NCBI GenBank assembly: GCA_963701295.1
Contig: OY969585.1
Span: 1,312,001 to 1,376,000 of the forward strand
From: Ignavibacteriota bacterium
GTDB taxonomy: Bacteria; Bacteroidota; Ignavibacteria; UBA10030
Length of the DNA stretch: 64,000 nt
Direction: 5' to 3'
Shown: positions 1 to 11,699 of the stretch, in pieces
Numbering within the stretch: position 1 is the first letter of the stretch
Layout: the number at the start of each line of letters is the position of its first letter
The notes under the pieces: model-generated
Database searches by the model: none
What the model was told of the DNA's origin: nothing
The model's input: the letters and a program-made list of their open reading frames with translations, nothing else
Program-made: the position numbers and the translations under genes

Positions 1-1070
1 GCCAGGATATAAATATCGTTCGCATATTTGATTAAGTATTCGAAGTGTTTGAACAGCGCTAAGCGTTCAACCTTTGCTTGATACTGTTTGTTTTGCCACC
101 AGAAACCGAGAAACGTACCGGATGCAAGAATGAGAATGATTATCATGCCACCAATCAGCCAGGCTTCTAACCGAAGTGGTGCAAAAACTTCTTCTTGATC
201 TACTTTTGAAACCATAAACCAGGGGGAATCAGAAATTTGTCTCATTACCGCAAGCACGGGAACTCCGCGATAATCTATTCCTTCCACAATCCCTTCAATG
301 CCGCGTACCGCCATCGCTGCAGGAAGTTTTTCGTTTGAAATCGGCAGTCTCAATGTGGATGGAATGTTCTTCTGATGACGAAGTTCATTCAAGAAGACAA
401 CATCATCACTGTCGCGTTCTATCAGCAGTGTCTCGGATGAAGGGCTCGGTGTGGGCCACAATTTAATGAGAGGGAACAATAATTTGTTTGGATCGATGCG
501 TAACAATAATACACCGATAACAGTACTATTATTCTGTCTGGACAACAAGAGCGGGACTATGAGAGAGAGGTGGATTCTTGATGAGTCATCTGTCCGTTGG
601 AAATCAGTAAGAATTACCTTCTTTTGAATGATCGCTTCCTTGCTTAATTCTTGAACCTGCGCCTGAATGGTATCCGTGAAAGCGGAACTTGAAAGGCGAA
701 TGATTCCTAATGTATCAAGTAAATAGGCGGCTGAATATTCATTATACTTTTGGAAGGAATGCAACCATGACGAGACTTCATTTTTTCGATTCAGTTCATT
801 TGGTGACTGAAAATAGAATTGTATTTGATGAGCCACAAGCGTATTTTTAGAAACCATTTCAGCATCACTGAGCCGTCCATTTCTCCATTGAGTGATTTGC
901 CATATTTTTAAATCCGCAATAGCCGCAAGTTCATTCTGCTTCTCGTCGACAATTCGTTTTTGCTGGAATCGATAATAAAAAGATGCTGTAATAAAAATAC
1001 TTGCTATCAGGAAGAGAAAAATAAGAATGAGTGTCCATGGTATTTGGCGGTTTTTCTTATGAACGCTCAT
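1..1070 (-). CDS. Membrane sensor protein (TM - Cache-like periplasmic domain - TM - PAS start), probably a histidine kinase; runs off the window edge
   Basis: Not in the ORF track; manual translation from ATG at 1070 is open to the edge: MSVHKKNRQIPWTLILIFLFL...EGIDYRGVPVLAV...PWFMVSKVDQEEVFAP...second TM...FEYLIKYANDIYIL. Confidence 0.8.
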   Translation of the reverse strand, partial: MSVHKKNRQIPWTLILIFLFLIASIFITASFYYRFQQKRIVDEKQNELAAIADLKIWQITQWRNGRLSDAEMVSKNTLVAHQIQFYFQSPNELNRKNEVSSWLHSFQKYNEYSAAYLLDTLGIIRLSSSAFTDTIQAQVQELSKEAIIQKKVILTDFQRTDDSSRIHLSLIVPLLLSRQNNSTVIGVLLLRIDPNKLLFPLIKLWPTPSPSSETLLIERDSDDVVFLNELRHQKNIPSTLRLPISNEKLPAAMAVRGIEGIVEGIDYRGVPVLAVMRQISDSPWFMVSKVDQEEVFAPLRLEAWLIGGMIIILILASGTFLGFWWQNKQYQAKVERLALFKHFEYLIKYANDIYIL

Positions 1071-1336
1071 ACGTCGTGCCGTTCTTATTGAATACTACGG
1101 TTGTGAAATAATGTTCTTATGGGGAACCATAGGAAATCAAGACTGTTCTTGATGAAAAACAATTCAGCATACATAAGGACCTATCATAGATGCTGCAGAT
1201 TATATTGGTTCATTCCCGTATGCTCAAGCATAAATCTTGAAAGACATACCAGGGAACGTGTATGATATAAACATACCTCAGGACTTTTCATATCCCCCAA
1301 ACCTATAAAATTTCGCAAACGGAAGCAACAGGCAAG

Positions 1337-1371
1337 AAAAAAAATGCTCAAGATACTTCATCAAGAGCATT
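1337..1371 (-). terminator. Putative intrinsic terminator downstream of the ABC exporter operon
   Basis: On the minus strand, stem AATGCTC...GAGCATT followed by a T run. Confidence 0.45.
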
Positions 1372-1451
1372 ATGAAGAACTGCCAGAATTTTTTGAAGCA
1401 ATATCTTCTTCAGAACTTTATCAAAGAAGATAAACTTTGTTCATGGGGAAG

Positions 1452-2669
1452 TTATTCGTATCTCAGAGCATCAATGGGATTCAGCATGGCCGCTTTCCTT
1501 GCCGGATAGAAACCGAAAAAGATGCCGATGGCAATCGAAAACCCGAATGAAAGAATAATCGAAAATGCCGTGATAATTGTAGGCCATTTTGCGATACTGG
1601 AAATCACATTTGAGCCGATTACTCCAAGGATGATTCCTGTAATCCCGCCGAGCAAGCTCAAAACAAGCGCTTCAATCAAAAATTGTGTAAGAATATCTCT
1701 AGCGCGAGCACCAATGGACATGCGTATACCTATTTCACGCGTTCTTTCGGTGACAGAGACAAGCATAATATTCATAATGCCAATGCCTCCAACAAGCAAC
1801 GAGACCGATGCAATACTTGCCAGAAGGATAGTGAGTACCTGCGTAGTCGCCGTCGCTGTAGCGGCTAGGTCTGTCTGGTTTCGAATTGTGAAATCGTCTG
1901 CATCATAAGGTTGTATCTTGTGCCTCATTCGTAAGAGCTCAGAAATTTGTGTTTGCGCTGCAGCAATATCCTTCAAACTTGTTGCAGAGACAAGGACATA
2001 TCGTAAGTTGGGCCAGTGTGAGAGTCTGCGAATAACGGTTGTATACGGTGCAAGGATGACATCATCCTGATCCTGGCCCATCGCGTTTTGTCCTTTTTTT
2101 GTTAGCACACCGGCCACTTTAAAAGGAACACTGCGAATACGAATTGTCTGATCGACAGGACTTGCATCAGGAAAAAGATTATCGGCAACAGTTCTTCCAA
2201 GTATACAGACCTTTGCAGCAGCTTTAACGTCTTGATCCGTAAAGAAATCTCCGTATTCAATAAGCCACTGTCGTATTTCAAGATAATCGGTACCTACTCC
2301 TTGAATGCTTGTTGACCAATTCAAATTGCCTGCGATGACCTGGCCGCCAGCCATTGATCCAGGAGAAATATATTGAACGGCGGAGCATTCTTTTGCAATT
2401 GCGAGAGCATCATCTTCTGTGAGGGTTGTTGCCGACCCCGCTCCGCTTCGTACACCTGCCTGCTGTTGTGCACCTGGAAAGACCATGAGTACGTTGGTTC
2501 CTAATGCCGCAATTTGTTCCTTCACCGAATATTCTGCCCCCTGTCCGATGGCAAGCATCGCAATAACGGCTGCGACTCCGATGATGATCCCAAGCATGGT
2601 CAGGAAGGATCGCATTTTATTGCGCTGCAATGCTCTAAATGCGGAAAGAAGAATATTTAATATCTTCAT
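1452..2669 (-). CDS. MacB/FtsX-family ABC transporter permease
   Basis: RSFLTMLGIIIGVAAV N-terminus, GGIGIMNIMLVSVTERTREIGIR motif, PARKAA..NPIDALRYE end. Confidence 0.95.
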   Translation of the reverse strand: MKILNILLSAFRALQRNKMRSFLTMLGIIIGVAAVIAMLAIGQGAEYSVKEQIAALGTNVLMVFPGAQQQAGVRSGAGSATTLTEDDALAIAKECSAVQYISPGSMAGGQVIAGNLNWSTSIQGVGTDYLEIRQWLIEYGDFFTDQDVKAAAKVCILGRTVADNLFPDASPVDQTIRIRSVPFKVAGVLTKKGQNAMGQDQDDVILAPYTTVIRRLSHWPNLRYVLVSATSLKDIAAAQTQISELLRMRHKIQPYDADDFTIRNQTDLAATATATTQVLTILLASIASVSLLVGGIGIMNIMLVSVTERTREIGIRMSIGARARDILTQFLIEALVLSLLGGITGIILGVIGSNVISSIAKWPTIITAFSIILSFGFSIAIGIFFGFYPARKAAMLNPIDALRYE

Positions 2670-3454
2670 GCTGCTTCCTCCTCATCGTCGATCATAGGAA
2701 GTCCTTTGATCACTTCAGATGCAATTTTGGGTTTGGTGTTGATTTTGTCTGCTCGGATCCTGCCGTCCCGAAAGACAATGTGACGTTTCGCAAAGTCGGC
2801 AATATCCGGCTCGTGTGTCACAAGAACGACGGTGATACCGTTCTCATTTAAATCCTGAAAAATCCCCATAACCTCAACGCTCGTTCGGCTATCAAGATTG
2901 CCGGTTGGCTCGTCGGCGAGAATAATGCTTGGATCATTCACTAACGATCGTGCGATTGCAACGCGTTGTTGTTGTCCACCAGAGAGCTGGTTCGGATAAT
3001 GATGGACTCTGTCTCCGAGACCGACTCTTTCGAGCGACTCCATCGCCTTCACCTTTCGAACTTTGTTTGATGTTGGACCATAGAACAGCGGAAGTTCCAC
3101 GTTCTCAAGTGCCGAAGTGCGCGAAAGCAGATTGAATCCTTGGAATACGAAACCAATTTTTTTGTTTCGTATCGCAGCAAGCTCATCTCTGGATAATTTC
3201 CCCACATCAATCCCTTCAAGGATGTACGATCCCTTTGTCGGTTTGTCGAGACATCCCAAAATATTCATAAATGTGGATTTACCTGATCCAGATGCTCCCA
3301 TGATTGCAACGAACTCTCCTTTTGATACATTGACCGATACCCCGCGGAGCGCATGCACATCAACCTCGCCAAGTTGATAGACCTTGGTTAGGTGCTCTAT
3401 GTGAATAAGAGTTCCATTCGTACCGGACGATGATTGAGTGAGATTCTGGATCAT
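2666..3454 (-). CDS. ABC transporter ATP-binding protein (MacB/LolD-like)
   Basis: Walker [10 protein letters not shown], signature [20 protein letters not shown]. Confidence 0.95.
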   Translation of the reverse strand: MIQNLTQSSSGTNGTLIHIEHLTKVYQLGEVDVHALRGVSVNVSKGEFVAIMGASGSGKSTFMNILGCLDKPTKGSYILEGIDVGKLSRDELAAIRNKKIGFVFQGFNLLSRTSALENVELPLFYGPTSNKVRKVKAMESLERVGLGDRVHHYPNQLSGGQQQRVAIARSLVNDPSIILADEPTGNLDSRTSVEVMGIFQDLNENGITVVLVTHEPDIADFAKRHIVFRDGRIRADKINTKPKIASEVIKGLPMIDDEEEAA

Positions 3455-4968
3455 CGGAAGCCACCTCCTCCGCCAGGACGTTGCTGCTGTCCTGATCCCG
3501 CGAGAGGATTCTGTACTGATCCGCTTCCGGAATCGTTGTTCGATGTTGCACCAAGTACAATCTGATCTCCAGGCTTCAATTTCGAAGTAGTGATTTCGGT
3601 GAATCGCCCATCGTTCAATCCAGTCCGGACGAAGACTGACTCAAGCAATCCATTCGATTTCAAAATCCAAACTCTACCTCTTCCTGATTGATGAGAGGGG
3701 ACGTAAGCGTTCTTTTGGTATTCGGGATAATTCGATATAACGCTGAAATCATTTGATTCTTTCTGTGTTTTCATTTTAGGTTTGTTTTGCTGCGCAATTA
3801 GATTACTCCGTTTCATTCTGCCCACGAATAACTTCTGCATTTCGCCTCGTAACTCCTCTTGACTCAACTTCCCTCCATGTGCCGCTTGAATTGAATCTCT
3901 GAGAGCTCGGAAGCGCTCTCTATCACCTTGCGAAAATTGTCCTTCATTCTGTACACTCTGGCCATCGGATTGAATCTTAGAAGAATCTCCAGTATCTGTT
4001 CGTCTACTCGTGAAATCACTTCGCATCAAACTAGAACCGGTTGTGTCAATAATATCATTGGGTGGCTGGAACCTGAGAGCCATATTCGAAACTTTCATAA
4101 CATCATTTGCACTTCCAACGAGAATTTTGACGTTTGCAGTCAATCCCGGCATGAGTTTCAGTTGGTCATTGTTCACATCGATGATGACGATGTAGTTGAC
4201 GACGTTTTGAATGGACTGGGGAGCAAGCCTGATCTGCGATACCGTGCCTGCGAATTTATCGTCCGGGTATGCATCAACGGTAAAAGTTGCCTGCTGACCG
4301 ATGCTAACCCTGCCAATATCTGTTTCATCAACTGTCGTCTCCACCTGCATCTTCTTCAGATCGTTTGCGATAGTATAGAGTGTGGGAGAAGAAAAGCTTG
4401 CTGCTACTGTCTGTCCAATATTAACCGCACGGTTGATTACGACGCCGTCTATGGGGGCATAGATTGTCGCGTATGCCAGGTTAATTTTTGCTCTATCAAG
4501 AGTGGCTTCCGCAGATTTTAGATTGGCTTCATTTGATTCGTACGTTGTCAATGCCGCATCGTAATTGAGCTGAGAATCAAGCCCGTGATCGAGGAGGGAT
4601 TTCTCCCGGTCAAGGTTTCTTTTGCTGTCCGCGAACTGTGCCTTTGCCTTGTCGAGACTTGCTTCAGCATCTTTTACCGATTGGACAAGGAAGGTAGAAT
4701 CTATTTGAGCAATGATTTGCCCTTTTTTCACAACTGAGTTGAAGTCAGCGTACAACTTTGCAATGATTCCGGAAACCTGAGTTCCGACATCGACTGATGT
4801 CACCGCATTGATTGTTCCCGTTGCAGTAACGAAGACAGTAAGATCGCCTTGCGAGACTTTATCGAATTTGAAGTTGTAGATCTGACTATGGTTTCGTGCA
4901 AAGAGAAGATACGCGACTATAATAATCACAACGACCGCTGCACCAGAGATATAGATTGTTCTTTTCAT
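3451..4968 (-). CDS. MacA-like efflux periplasmic adaptor (membrane fusion protein)
   Basis: N-terminal TM, VGTQVSG / IYAPIDGVVI lipoyl-hairpin motifs, VDETDIG, LMPGLTANV; overlaps the ABC genes. Confidence 0.92.
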   Translation of the reverse strand: MKRTIYISGAAVVVIIIVAYLLFARNHSQIYNFKFDKVSQGDLTVFVTATGTINAVTSVDVGTQVSGIIAKLYADFNSVVKKGQIIAQIDSTFLVQSVKDAEASLDKAKAQFADSKRNLDREKSLLDHGLDSQLNYDAALTTYESNEANLKSAEATLDRAKINLAYATIYAPIDGVVINRAVNIGQTVAASFSSPTLYTIANDLKKMQVETTVDETDIGRVSIGQQATFTVDAYPDDKFAGTVSQIRLAPQSIQNVVNYIVIIDVNNDQLKLMPGLTANVKILVGSANDVMKVSNMALRFQPPNDIIDTTGSSLMRSDFTSRRTDTGDSSKIQSDGQSVQNEGQFSQGDRERFRALRDSIQAAHGGKLSQEELRGEMQKLFVGRMKRSNLIAQQNKPKMKTQKESNDFSVISNYPEYQKNAYVPSHQSGRGRVWILKSNGLLESVFVRTGLNDGRFTEITTSKLKPGDQIVLGATSNNDSGSGSVQNPLAGSGQQQRPGGGGGFR

Positions 4969-5021
4969 TGTTCACTCCTAATCAACATATATGGAAATCG
5001 TACACTGCTTACATGAATAAA

Positions 5022-5044
5022 GACGAGCGAAAAACCGAAAAGTT
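5022..5044 (-). promoter_or_regulatory. Possible ECF-sigma promoter for the exporter operon
   Basis: Minus strand AAC-N16-CGTC, about 55 nt upstream of the adaptor start. Confidence 0.35.
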
Positions 5045-5505
5045 GTTTGAATAATAAATATAAAAGAGGTTTAGCAATGATTCATTGCTGCTCCAGGTTT
5101 AGACAACATCAAATATACGAGGTTTTACGGAAATACAAATACTTCATCAATATCTGCAACTTGAACGTGTGATTTAAAAAAAATCAAGTAGTCTAACTAA
5201 AGAACCATGAGACCTTTTTGTAAATAAAGAAAAATTAATGTGTGGAGTAATTATATCATAGAAGCAAGCTGGAAATCATTGTCTTTCTTAAAACGCGGTG
5301 GACGCATTCGTTCTTTAAAATTCGGGTTTATAAATGATGGGGTAATGGATTCATTCGTGACGAAGAGCTTTATACGTATTAATAGACTGCCAATCCAGGA
5401 CTTATGTAACCCCTTAATTTATTCATTTTCGGGAAAGCGGTTTCCTCTTTTTTGCATAACTGAAAAGCGATAAGCTTGTTTTGTCCGAAAGTAGACGAAT
5501 GCGAA

Positions 5506-5521
5506 TCGGTACGTTTCTTGC
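5506..5521 (+). promoter_or_regulatory. Putative sigma-54 (-24/-12) promoter of the hyp/hox operon
   Basis: TCGGTAC-GTTTC-TTGC with exact GG-N10-GC spacing, 36 nt before the hypA ATG. Confidence 0.55.
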
Positions 5522-5557
5522 CCTGTAAAATAGTAATTCTTTGAGACATAGACAGTT

Positions 5558-5918
5558 ATGCATGAACTTTCAATTGCGCAGAATATTATTGAGATAATCC
5601 AGCAACGTATTCCCGAGACGGAATGGAAACAAGTAACCGCAGTGCGTGTAAGAATTGGGGCAGTAGCGGGCATCGTACCGGATTCATTAAAATTTTCTTT
5701 TCAAGCAATCACAACAGAATCGGCACTCTGCAATGCACGGTTGATTACTGAACATATTCCGTTCCGTGTTCATTGTCGTACCTGTCACACAACTACAGAG
5801 AATGAAGATGGATTTGCCATGTGCGGTGAATGCGAGAGTACCTGATATTCAAGTACTCTCTGGTACTGAGTTGCATGTTGTAGAGATTGAATTGGACGAG
5901 ACTGTACAGGTACTATGA
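5558..5918 (+). pseudogene. hypA: Hydrogenase nickel chaperone HypA, frameshifted in this sequence (likely a sequencing error)
   Basis: MHELSIA start, CRTC and CGEC motifs; removing one base at about 5842 restores TDIQVLSGTELHVVEIELDETVQVL* whose TGA overlaps the hypB ATG. Confidence 0.88.
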
Positions 5919-6571
5919 GTATTATTACGGTAGAACGAAAAGTACTTGAGAAAAACGATGAGCTTGCGGCCCGAAACCGTGAAGTTTTTCGTTCCCATGG
6001 TGTGTTCGTGGTAAACATGGTCAGCTCGCCCGGCTCCGGTAAAACAAGTATCCTAGAACGAACGCTTGAATACTTGAAAGACAGTTTTCGGGTGACAGTG
6101 ATTGAAGGAGACGTGCAGACGGACTTGGATGCGCAGCGTGTAGCAAAGTTTAGTGTACCCGTGGTGCAAATTATTACGAACGGCGGATGTCATCTCGAAG
6201 CAAATTTGATACAAGATGCACTCGGTACTATCAACCTCAATGGAGTTCAACTCTTGATTATTGAGAATGTCGGCAATCTTGTCTGTCCCGCTAATTATGA
6301 TTTGGGAGAAAACATGAAAATTGTCGTTGCGAGCACCACGGAAGGTGACGACAAACCGCTGAAGTACCCTGGAATGTTTCGGAATGCATCAGCCCTCATT
6401 ATCAATAAAATAGATCTCCTCCCGTATGTCAACTGTCATCTTGAAGAATTGAAAAGCAATGCTCTCCGCATCAATCCGACATTAAACGTGTTTGAAACAT
6501 CATGTACAACAAAGCAAGGAATTGTAGAGTGGTGTATGTGGTTGAAGGGGCAAGTAACAAGAAAGAAGTAA
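5915..6571 (+). CDS. hypB: Hydrogenase nickel incorporation GTPase HypB
   Basis: SSPGSGKT, GGCHLEA, ENVGNLVCPA, EGDDKPLKYP, NKID. Confidence 0.97.
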   Translation: MSIITVERKVLEKNDELAARNREVFRSHGVFVVNMVSSPGSGKTSILERTLEYLKDSFRVTVIEGDVQTDLDAQRVAKFSVPVVQIITNGGCHLEANLIQDALGTINLNGVQLLIIENVGNLVCPANYDLGENMKIVVASTTEGDDKPLKYPGMFRNASALIINKIDLLPYVNCHLEELKSNALRINPTLNVFETSCTTKQGIVEWCMWLKGQVTRKK

Positions 6572-6678
6572 AAAATGAAAGTAAGAAGCTTTTAAAGCAG
6601 AAGGTATCAAGAGAGATCGATTTATAAACACAAAGGTATCATCAACTAACAACGAAGAACGGACTTCAAACAACAACT

Positions 6679-7194
6679 ATGGTACAACCAGAACCTAAGA
6701 ACCATCCAAGTGGCGACAACCGATTCAAGTTGCTCGACCGTGCCATCACAAAACATCACGCAAGCGGCGATGCTTTAATCGAGATTCTGCATGTGGCGCA
6801 GGGGATTTTTGGATTTCTCGAAAACGACCTGATGGTATATATTGCCAATGCACTCAAACTTCCCCTCAGCCGTGTGTACGGCGTCGCAACATTTTATCAT
6901 TTCTTCCGCCTCAAACCGCAAGGCGAACACACTTTCGTACTCTGTACGGGTACCGCTTGTTACGTGAAAGGTGCGAACGAAATCCAAAAAAGCGTCGAGC
7001 ATCATTGCGGCTGCAAATTCGGTGAAACAACAAGAGACAATAAAGTATCTCTCATTTCAGCGCGGTGTGTCGGCTCATGCGGTTTAGCACCTGTCGCAGT
7101 GCTTGATGATGCAGTCGCAGGCAAGCTCACAACGAGTGAAGCTGTGAGACGCATTCAACAGTGGCAGGAAGAGAAAAAGGAGGTTGCAGCATGA
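6679..7194 (+). CDS. hoxE: Bidirectional hydrogenase diaphorase subunit HoxE ([2Fe-2S], NuoE-like)
   Basis: [30 protein letters not shown]; position in the hox operon. Confidence 0.9.
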   Translation: MVQPEPKNHPSGDNRFKLLDRAITKHHASGDALIEILHVAQGIFGFLENDLMVYIANALKLPLSRVYGVATFYHFFRLKPQGEHTFVLCTGTACYVKGANEIQKSVEHHCGCKFGETTRDNKVSLISARCVGSCGLAPVAVLDDAVAGKLTTSEAVRRIQQWQEEKKEVAA

Positions 7195-8852
7195 CCGTAG
7201 AAGATCTCCGTGAATTAGCGGAAAAGGAGCAAGCACGGCAAGCGGAATATGAGCATCGCATTTTATACTGCTCTTCTGCAGGGTGTGTTTCAAGTGGATG
7301 CAACGCAGTTAAAAATGAATTGAAGAAAGCAATCGATGAACTTGGTTTATCAAAAAAGTGTGAAATGACCGGCACCGGCTGCCTTGGCCTCTGCGGTGAA
7401 GGTCCGCTTGTTTTTATGCATTCAGACCCGACACTCTATCAGCACGTCGATGTAGCAGTAGCGCGCAGAATCGTAGAAGAGCATATTGGGCAGGGCAAGA
7501 AGGTGAAAGAGAACGAGATCGACTTGAATGATCCCTTCTTCGCATCGCAAAAGAAAATCGTACTTGAAAATATGGGTAAGATCAATGCCGAGAGCATCGA
7601 AGAGTACATTGCAGCAGATGGCTACGAAGCGCTCGCGAAAGCACTGACCGAAATGGTGCCGGAAGAAGTCATTAGCGAAATTCGCAAAGCCGGATTGCGC
7701 GGGCGCGGCGGCGCAGGCTATCCAACAGGATTGAAGTGGGATATTGTCCGCAAAGGAGTCGCTGATCAGAAGTACATTGTGTGTAATGCTGATGAAGGAG
7801 ATCCCGGTGCATTTATGGATCGTAGCGTACTGGAAGGTGATCCGCATCGAGTACTGGAAGGAATGGCTATCGCAGGGTATGCTGTCGGTGCGAACCAGGG
7901 ATTCATCTATGTTCGTGCGGAATATCCGTTAGCCATCGATCGATTAAAAACGGCGATTAAACAAGCCGAAAGACTTGGTCTGCTGGGAAACGGAATTTTC
8001 GAATCACATTTTAATTTTCGCATCGATATCCGTATTGGCGCCGGTGCATTTGTCTGCGGTGAAGAGACAGCCCTGCTGCGTTCCGTGATGGGCCGCCGCG
8101 GCCGGCCGAAAGTACGTCCACCCTATCCTTCTGAGAAAGGATTATGGGACAAACCAACGGTTATTAATAACGTGGAAACGTATGCGAATGTTGCTCCAAT
8201 CTTGAGGAACGGCAACGCATGGTTTGCAGCAATTGGAACGCAAAAGAGTCCCGGCACGAAAGTATTTGCGATTGCCGGAAATGTGAAACGGCCCGGTCTT
8301 ATAGAAGTGCCGATGGGTATTGCACTGAGGAAAATTATTTTCGACATCGGCGGCGGAACACCGGAAGGAACGAAGTTCAAAGCAGCCCAAGCCGGCGGGC
8401 CCTCCGGCGGATGCATTCCGACAGAACATCTCGATATACCCGTTGATTATGAATCGCTCCAAACAGTCGGTGCCATGATGGGCAGCGGCGGTATGATTGT
8501 TATTGATAACACGTCCAATATGGTGGAGGTAGCAAAATATTTTTCCGAATTCTGTATGGATGAATCATGCGGTAAGTGTATTCCTTGCCGTGTCGGAACA
8601 AAGCACATTTACATGATGCTTGATAAGATCGTTAAGGGTGAGGCGACAGAGAACGATTTTGAATTACTGAAAGAACTTTGTGTCATGGTAAAAGAGACAA
8701 GTCTCTGTGGTCTTGGTCAATCAGCCCCCAATGGCGTGCTTTCCACTGTTCGATTTTTCAAGGACGAGTATCTTTCGAAGTTGAAAAAATCGGCCGAGGG
8801 CAATATACATCCCAATGAATTCTCATCAGTACCTGTTGTGAAGGAGGCTTAG
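7191..8852 (+). CDS. hoxF: Diaphorase flavoprotein subunit HoxF (NuoF-like)
   Basis: [51 protein letters not shown]; ATG at 7191 overlaps the hoxE stop. Confidence 0.93.
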   Translation: MTVEDLRELAEKEQARQAEYEHRILYCSSAGCVSSGCNAVKNELKKAIDELGLSKKCEMTGTGCLGLCGEGPLVFMHSDPTLYQHVDVAVARRIVEEHIGQGKKVKENEIDLNDPFFASQKKIVLENMGKINAESIEEYIAADGYEALAKALTEMVPEEVISEIRKAGLRGRGGAGYPTGLKWDIVRKGVADQKYIVCNADEGDPGAFMDRSVLEGDPHRVLEGMAIAGYAVGANQGFIYVRAEYPLAIDRLKTAIKQAERLGLLGNGIFESHFNFRIDIRIGAGAFVCGEETALLRSVMGRRGRPKVRPPYPSEKGLWDKPTVINNVETYANVAPILRNGNAWFAAIGTQKSPGTKVFAIAGNVKRPGLIEVPMGIALRKIIFDIGGGTPEGTKFKAAQAGGPSGGCIPTEHLDIPVDYESLQTVGAMMGSGGMIVIDNTSNMVEVAKYFSEFCMDESCGKCIPCRVGTKHIYMMLDKIVKGEATENDFELLKELCVMVKETSLCGLGQSAPNGVLSTVRFFKDEYLSKLKKSAEGNIHPNEFSSVPVVKEA

Positions 8853-8855
8853 ACT

Positions 8856-9590
8856 ATGTCCGTTATTACATTTACCATCGATGGAGAACAATATAGCGCG
8901 AAAGAAGACGATACGATCCTTCAAGTGGCGCGTGATAATAAAATTCCTATTCCCACACTGTGCTATCTCGAAGGTTTATCCACGTTTGGCGCTTGCCGTT
9001 TATGCGTTGTTGAAATCGAAGGATCACCAAAGTTATTTCCGGCATGCACATCAAAACCGACTGAAAATATGGTTGTCCGTACGAGCACCGATAAGCTGAA
9101 AAAATACCGAAGAATGATCGTCGAATTGTTGGCATCTGAAGGAAACCACCAATGTGCCGTATGTGTCGTCAACGGGCATTGTGAATTGCAAGATCTGGCG
9201 TACGAAGTCGAACTCGATCACGTGCGGTTTCCATATCTCTTTCCCAAAAAATCCCTCGATGCAACACATAAAGATTTTGTGATGGATCGAAACCGCTGCG
9301 TTCTATGCACTCGCTGTGTACGCGTTTGCCATGAAGTGGAAGCAGCACATGTTTGGGATATTGCAGGCCGCGGGATCGATTGCGAGATCATCGCCGATCT
9401 CAATCAGCCATGGGGTACTTCTCCAAGCTGCACGTCATGCGGCAAGTGTGTCCGTGTATGTCCGACGGGTGCTTTATTTGAGAAAGGTGCTGCTGTCGGC
9501 GAAATGCAAAAAGAACGCGGCTTTATCAAGTTTATTGTGAACGCGCGTAATAAACACGAATGGGTACGAACAGCACATGAAGAAGAATAG
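8856..9590 (+). CDS. hoxU: Diaphorase Fe-S subunit HoxU
   Basis: IPTLC..GACRLC, HQCAVC, RCVLCTRCVRVC, CTSCGKCVRVCPTGAL. Confidence 0.92.
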   Translation: MSVITFTIDGEQYSAKEDDTILQVARDNKIPIPTLCYLEGLSTFGACRLCVVEIEGSPKLFPACTSKPTENMVVRTSTDKLKKYRRMIVELLASEGNHQCAVCVVNGHCELQDLAYEVELDHVRFPYLFPKKSLDATHKDFVMDRNRCVLCTRCVRVCHEVEAAHVWDIAGRGIDCEIIADLNQPWGTSPSCTSCGKCVRVCPTGALFEKGAAVGEMQKERGFIKFIVNARNKHEWVRTAHEEE

Positions 9591-9670
9591 GATTAATAAA
9601 AAATGATCGAAAAAATGCGCATGAAAACCAACAACGAAAACTGATAATTTAAAACTAGAAATACAAAACT

Positions 9671-10207
9671 ATGAGACCAAGAATAGCAACAGCATGGCTC
9701 GGTGGATGTTCAGGCTGTCATATGTCATTCCTCGACATGGATGAACGGCTGATCGAATTGGCAGACAATATCGAACTTGTGTATTCGCCCATCATCGATA
9801 TAAAAAAATTTCCGGTGAATGTGGATGTCACTCTTGTAGAGGGTGCAGTGACTAATTCTGAAAACGAAGAAATGGCGCACATTATTCGCAAGAACTCGCG
9901 CATCGTCATTGCATTTGGAGATTGTGCAACGACGGGGAACGTCACCGCAATGCGCAATCCGTTCAAGGTCGAAGATATCCAGCGGCGTGCCTATATTGAA
10001 CTTGCCGATAAGAACCAGCACATCCCTGATGAGTATATCACCATTGCACAACTGTTAAAAACGGCCAAACCGCTGCATGAAGTGATCAAGGTGGATGTAT
10101 GGCTGCACGGATGTCCACCGACTGCCGACCAAATTTGGTTTGCTGTAAATGAATTGCTGCAAGGCAGAATCCCGGTACTACCGCCTGCGTATTTGAGATA
10201 TGGATAA
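9671..10207 (+). CDS. hoxY: [NiFe]-hydrogenase small subunit HoxY
   Basis: WLGGCSGCHMSFLD, GDCA, GCPP; 178 aa single-cluster size. Confidence 0.93.
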   Translation: MRPRIATAWLGGCSGCHMSFLDMDERLIELADNIELVYSPIIDIKKFPVNVDVTLVEGAVTNSENEEMAHIIRKNSRIVIAFGDCATTGNVTAMRNPFKVEDIQRRAYIELADKNQHIPDEYITIAQLLKTAKPLHEVIKVDVWLHGCPPTADQIWFAVNELLQGRIPVLPPAYLRYG

Positions 10208-10265
10208 ATGAAACATGACCCTGAATATGGTTGAGGGTTTCTGATAAAAAAGAAATGAGAAGATT

Positions 10266-11699
10266 ATGTCTAAAATGATTACAATATCGCCGGTGACTCG
10301 TATTGAAGGTCATGCAAAAATCACAATACAACTGGATGACAAGAATGATGTGATCGATGCCCGATTTCATGTGAACGAATTTCGCGGCTTTGAAAAGTTC
10401 ACAGAAGGACGCCTGCTGTGGGAAATGCCCGGTATCACATCGCGCATTTGCGGTATCTGTCCGGCCAGCCATCTTGTAACGTCGGCAAAAGCAGGTGATG
10501 ATATTCTTGCGGTGGAAATTCCCGAAACCGCAGAAAAACTTCGCCGCCTCCTGACGCTTGCACAATGGTTGCAATCCCATGCGCTCAGCTTTTTCCATCT
10601 CTCCGCACCGGATTTTCTGCTGGGTTTCGACTCCGATCCTGCAATACGGAACGTATTTGGCCTTATCGCTGCTGATAAAGAATTTACGAAACGCGGAATT
10701 CGTTTGCGAAAATTTGGACAGGAGATCATCGAAATTCTTGGCGGCCGACGCATACACACTCCGTGGACGGTTCCCGGCGGTGTGCGCGAACCGCTCGAAC
10801 TGGCGAAAAAGAATCACATGCTCACATGGATTCCCGAAGCAAGGGAAACCGTCGGGCTTGCATTAGATGCATTGAAAAAAATCCATAAGAAGTACGCAAA
10901 AGAAATTCCCGAGTTCGGCAATTTCCGCACATTGCTGGTCGGGCTTGTATCCAAAGACGGCGGATTGGAATATTATGACGGATTCCTCCGCATCAAAGAC
11001 GGCAACGACAATACGATTGCCAATGCGATTGAACCGAAAAAATATTTCGAACATTTTGGCGAAGCTGTAGAACCATGGTCATACTTAAAATTCCCGTATT
11101 ACAAACCGTTCGATTATCCAAAGGGAATGTACCGTGTCGGTCCGCTGGCGCGTGTCAACATCTGTGATTATATCGAAACGCCGCTGGCAGAAGCCGAGCG
11201 TAAAATTTTTAAATCACTCAGCGGGAATGTCAATGTCGTGAACAATTCGTTCTATTATCACTATGCACGCTGCATTGAAATGCTCTTTACTGTGGAAAAG
11301 ATCGAGATGCTCTTGAAGGATCCGGCAATTCTCGGAGAAACCATTCGCGCACAAGCATCCATCAATCGGCTGGAAGGCATTGGGTGCACCGAAGCGCCGC
11401 GCGGTGTGCTGTTCCATCATTACCATGTCAATAAAGACGGCGTTATCCAGAAAGCGAATCTGCTCATTGCCACAGCACAGAATAATCTTGCCATGAACCG
11501 CACGGTACGCCAGATTGCTTCGCACTTCATCGATGGCAAGAAAGGAAAGATTACCGAAGGTATTTTGAACCGTGTGGAAGCCGGTATCCGTTGTTACGAT
11601 CCGTGCCTCTCCTGTTCGACACATGCACTCGGACAAATGCCTCTGCATGTGGAATTGCTCAGTGCGGGCGGTGAGGTGCTCGACGAAGTTCGCCGATGA
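10266..11699 (+). CDS. hoxH: [NiFe]-hydrogenase large subunit HoxH (group 3d-like)
   Basis: PVTRIEGH, L1 [17 protein letters not shown]2 DPCLSCSTH followed by a cleavable tail. Confidence 0.95.
   Translation: MSKMITISPVTRIEGHAKITIQLDDKNDVIDARFHVNEFRGFEKFTEGRLLWEMPGITSRICGICPASHLVTSAKAGDDILAVEIPETAEKLRRLLTLAQWLQSHALSFFHLSAPDFLLGFDSDPAIRNVFGLIAADKEFTKRGIRLRKFGQEIIEILGGRRIHTPWTVPGGVREPLELAKKNHMLTWIPEARETVGLALDALKKIHKKYAKEIPEFGNFRTLLVGLVSKDGGLEYYDGFLRIKDGNDNTIANAIEPKKYFEHFGEAVEPWSYLKFPYYKPFDYPKGMYRVGPLARVNICDYIETPLAEAERKIFKSLSGNVNVVNNSFYYHYARCIEMLFTVEKIEMLLKDPAILGETIRAQASINRLEGIGCTEAPRGVLFHHYHVNKDGVIQKANLLIATAQNNLAMNRTVRQIASHFIDGKKGKITEGILNRVEAGIRCYDPCLSCSTHALGQMPLHVELLSAGGEVLDEVRR

Noticed and set aside
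5843-5845. TGA in hypA as selenocysteine or readthrough
   Set aside because: The conserved C-terminus continues in a different frame, so this is a frameshift, and the position is not a Cys site.
6679-9590. nuoEFG of complex I or an [FeFe]-hydrogenase
   Set aside because: Followed by NiFe small and large subunits and a protease; no H-cluster domain and no membrane Nuo genes.
10086-10817. Long antisense and alternate-frame ORFs (e.g. 243 aa here, 197 aa at 3928)
   Set aside because: Shadows of well-supported genes with no recognisable motifs.
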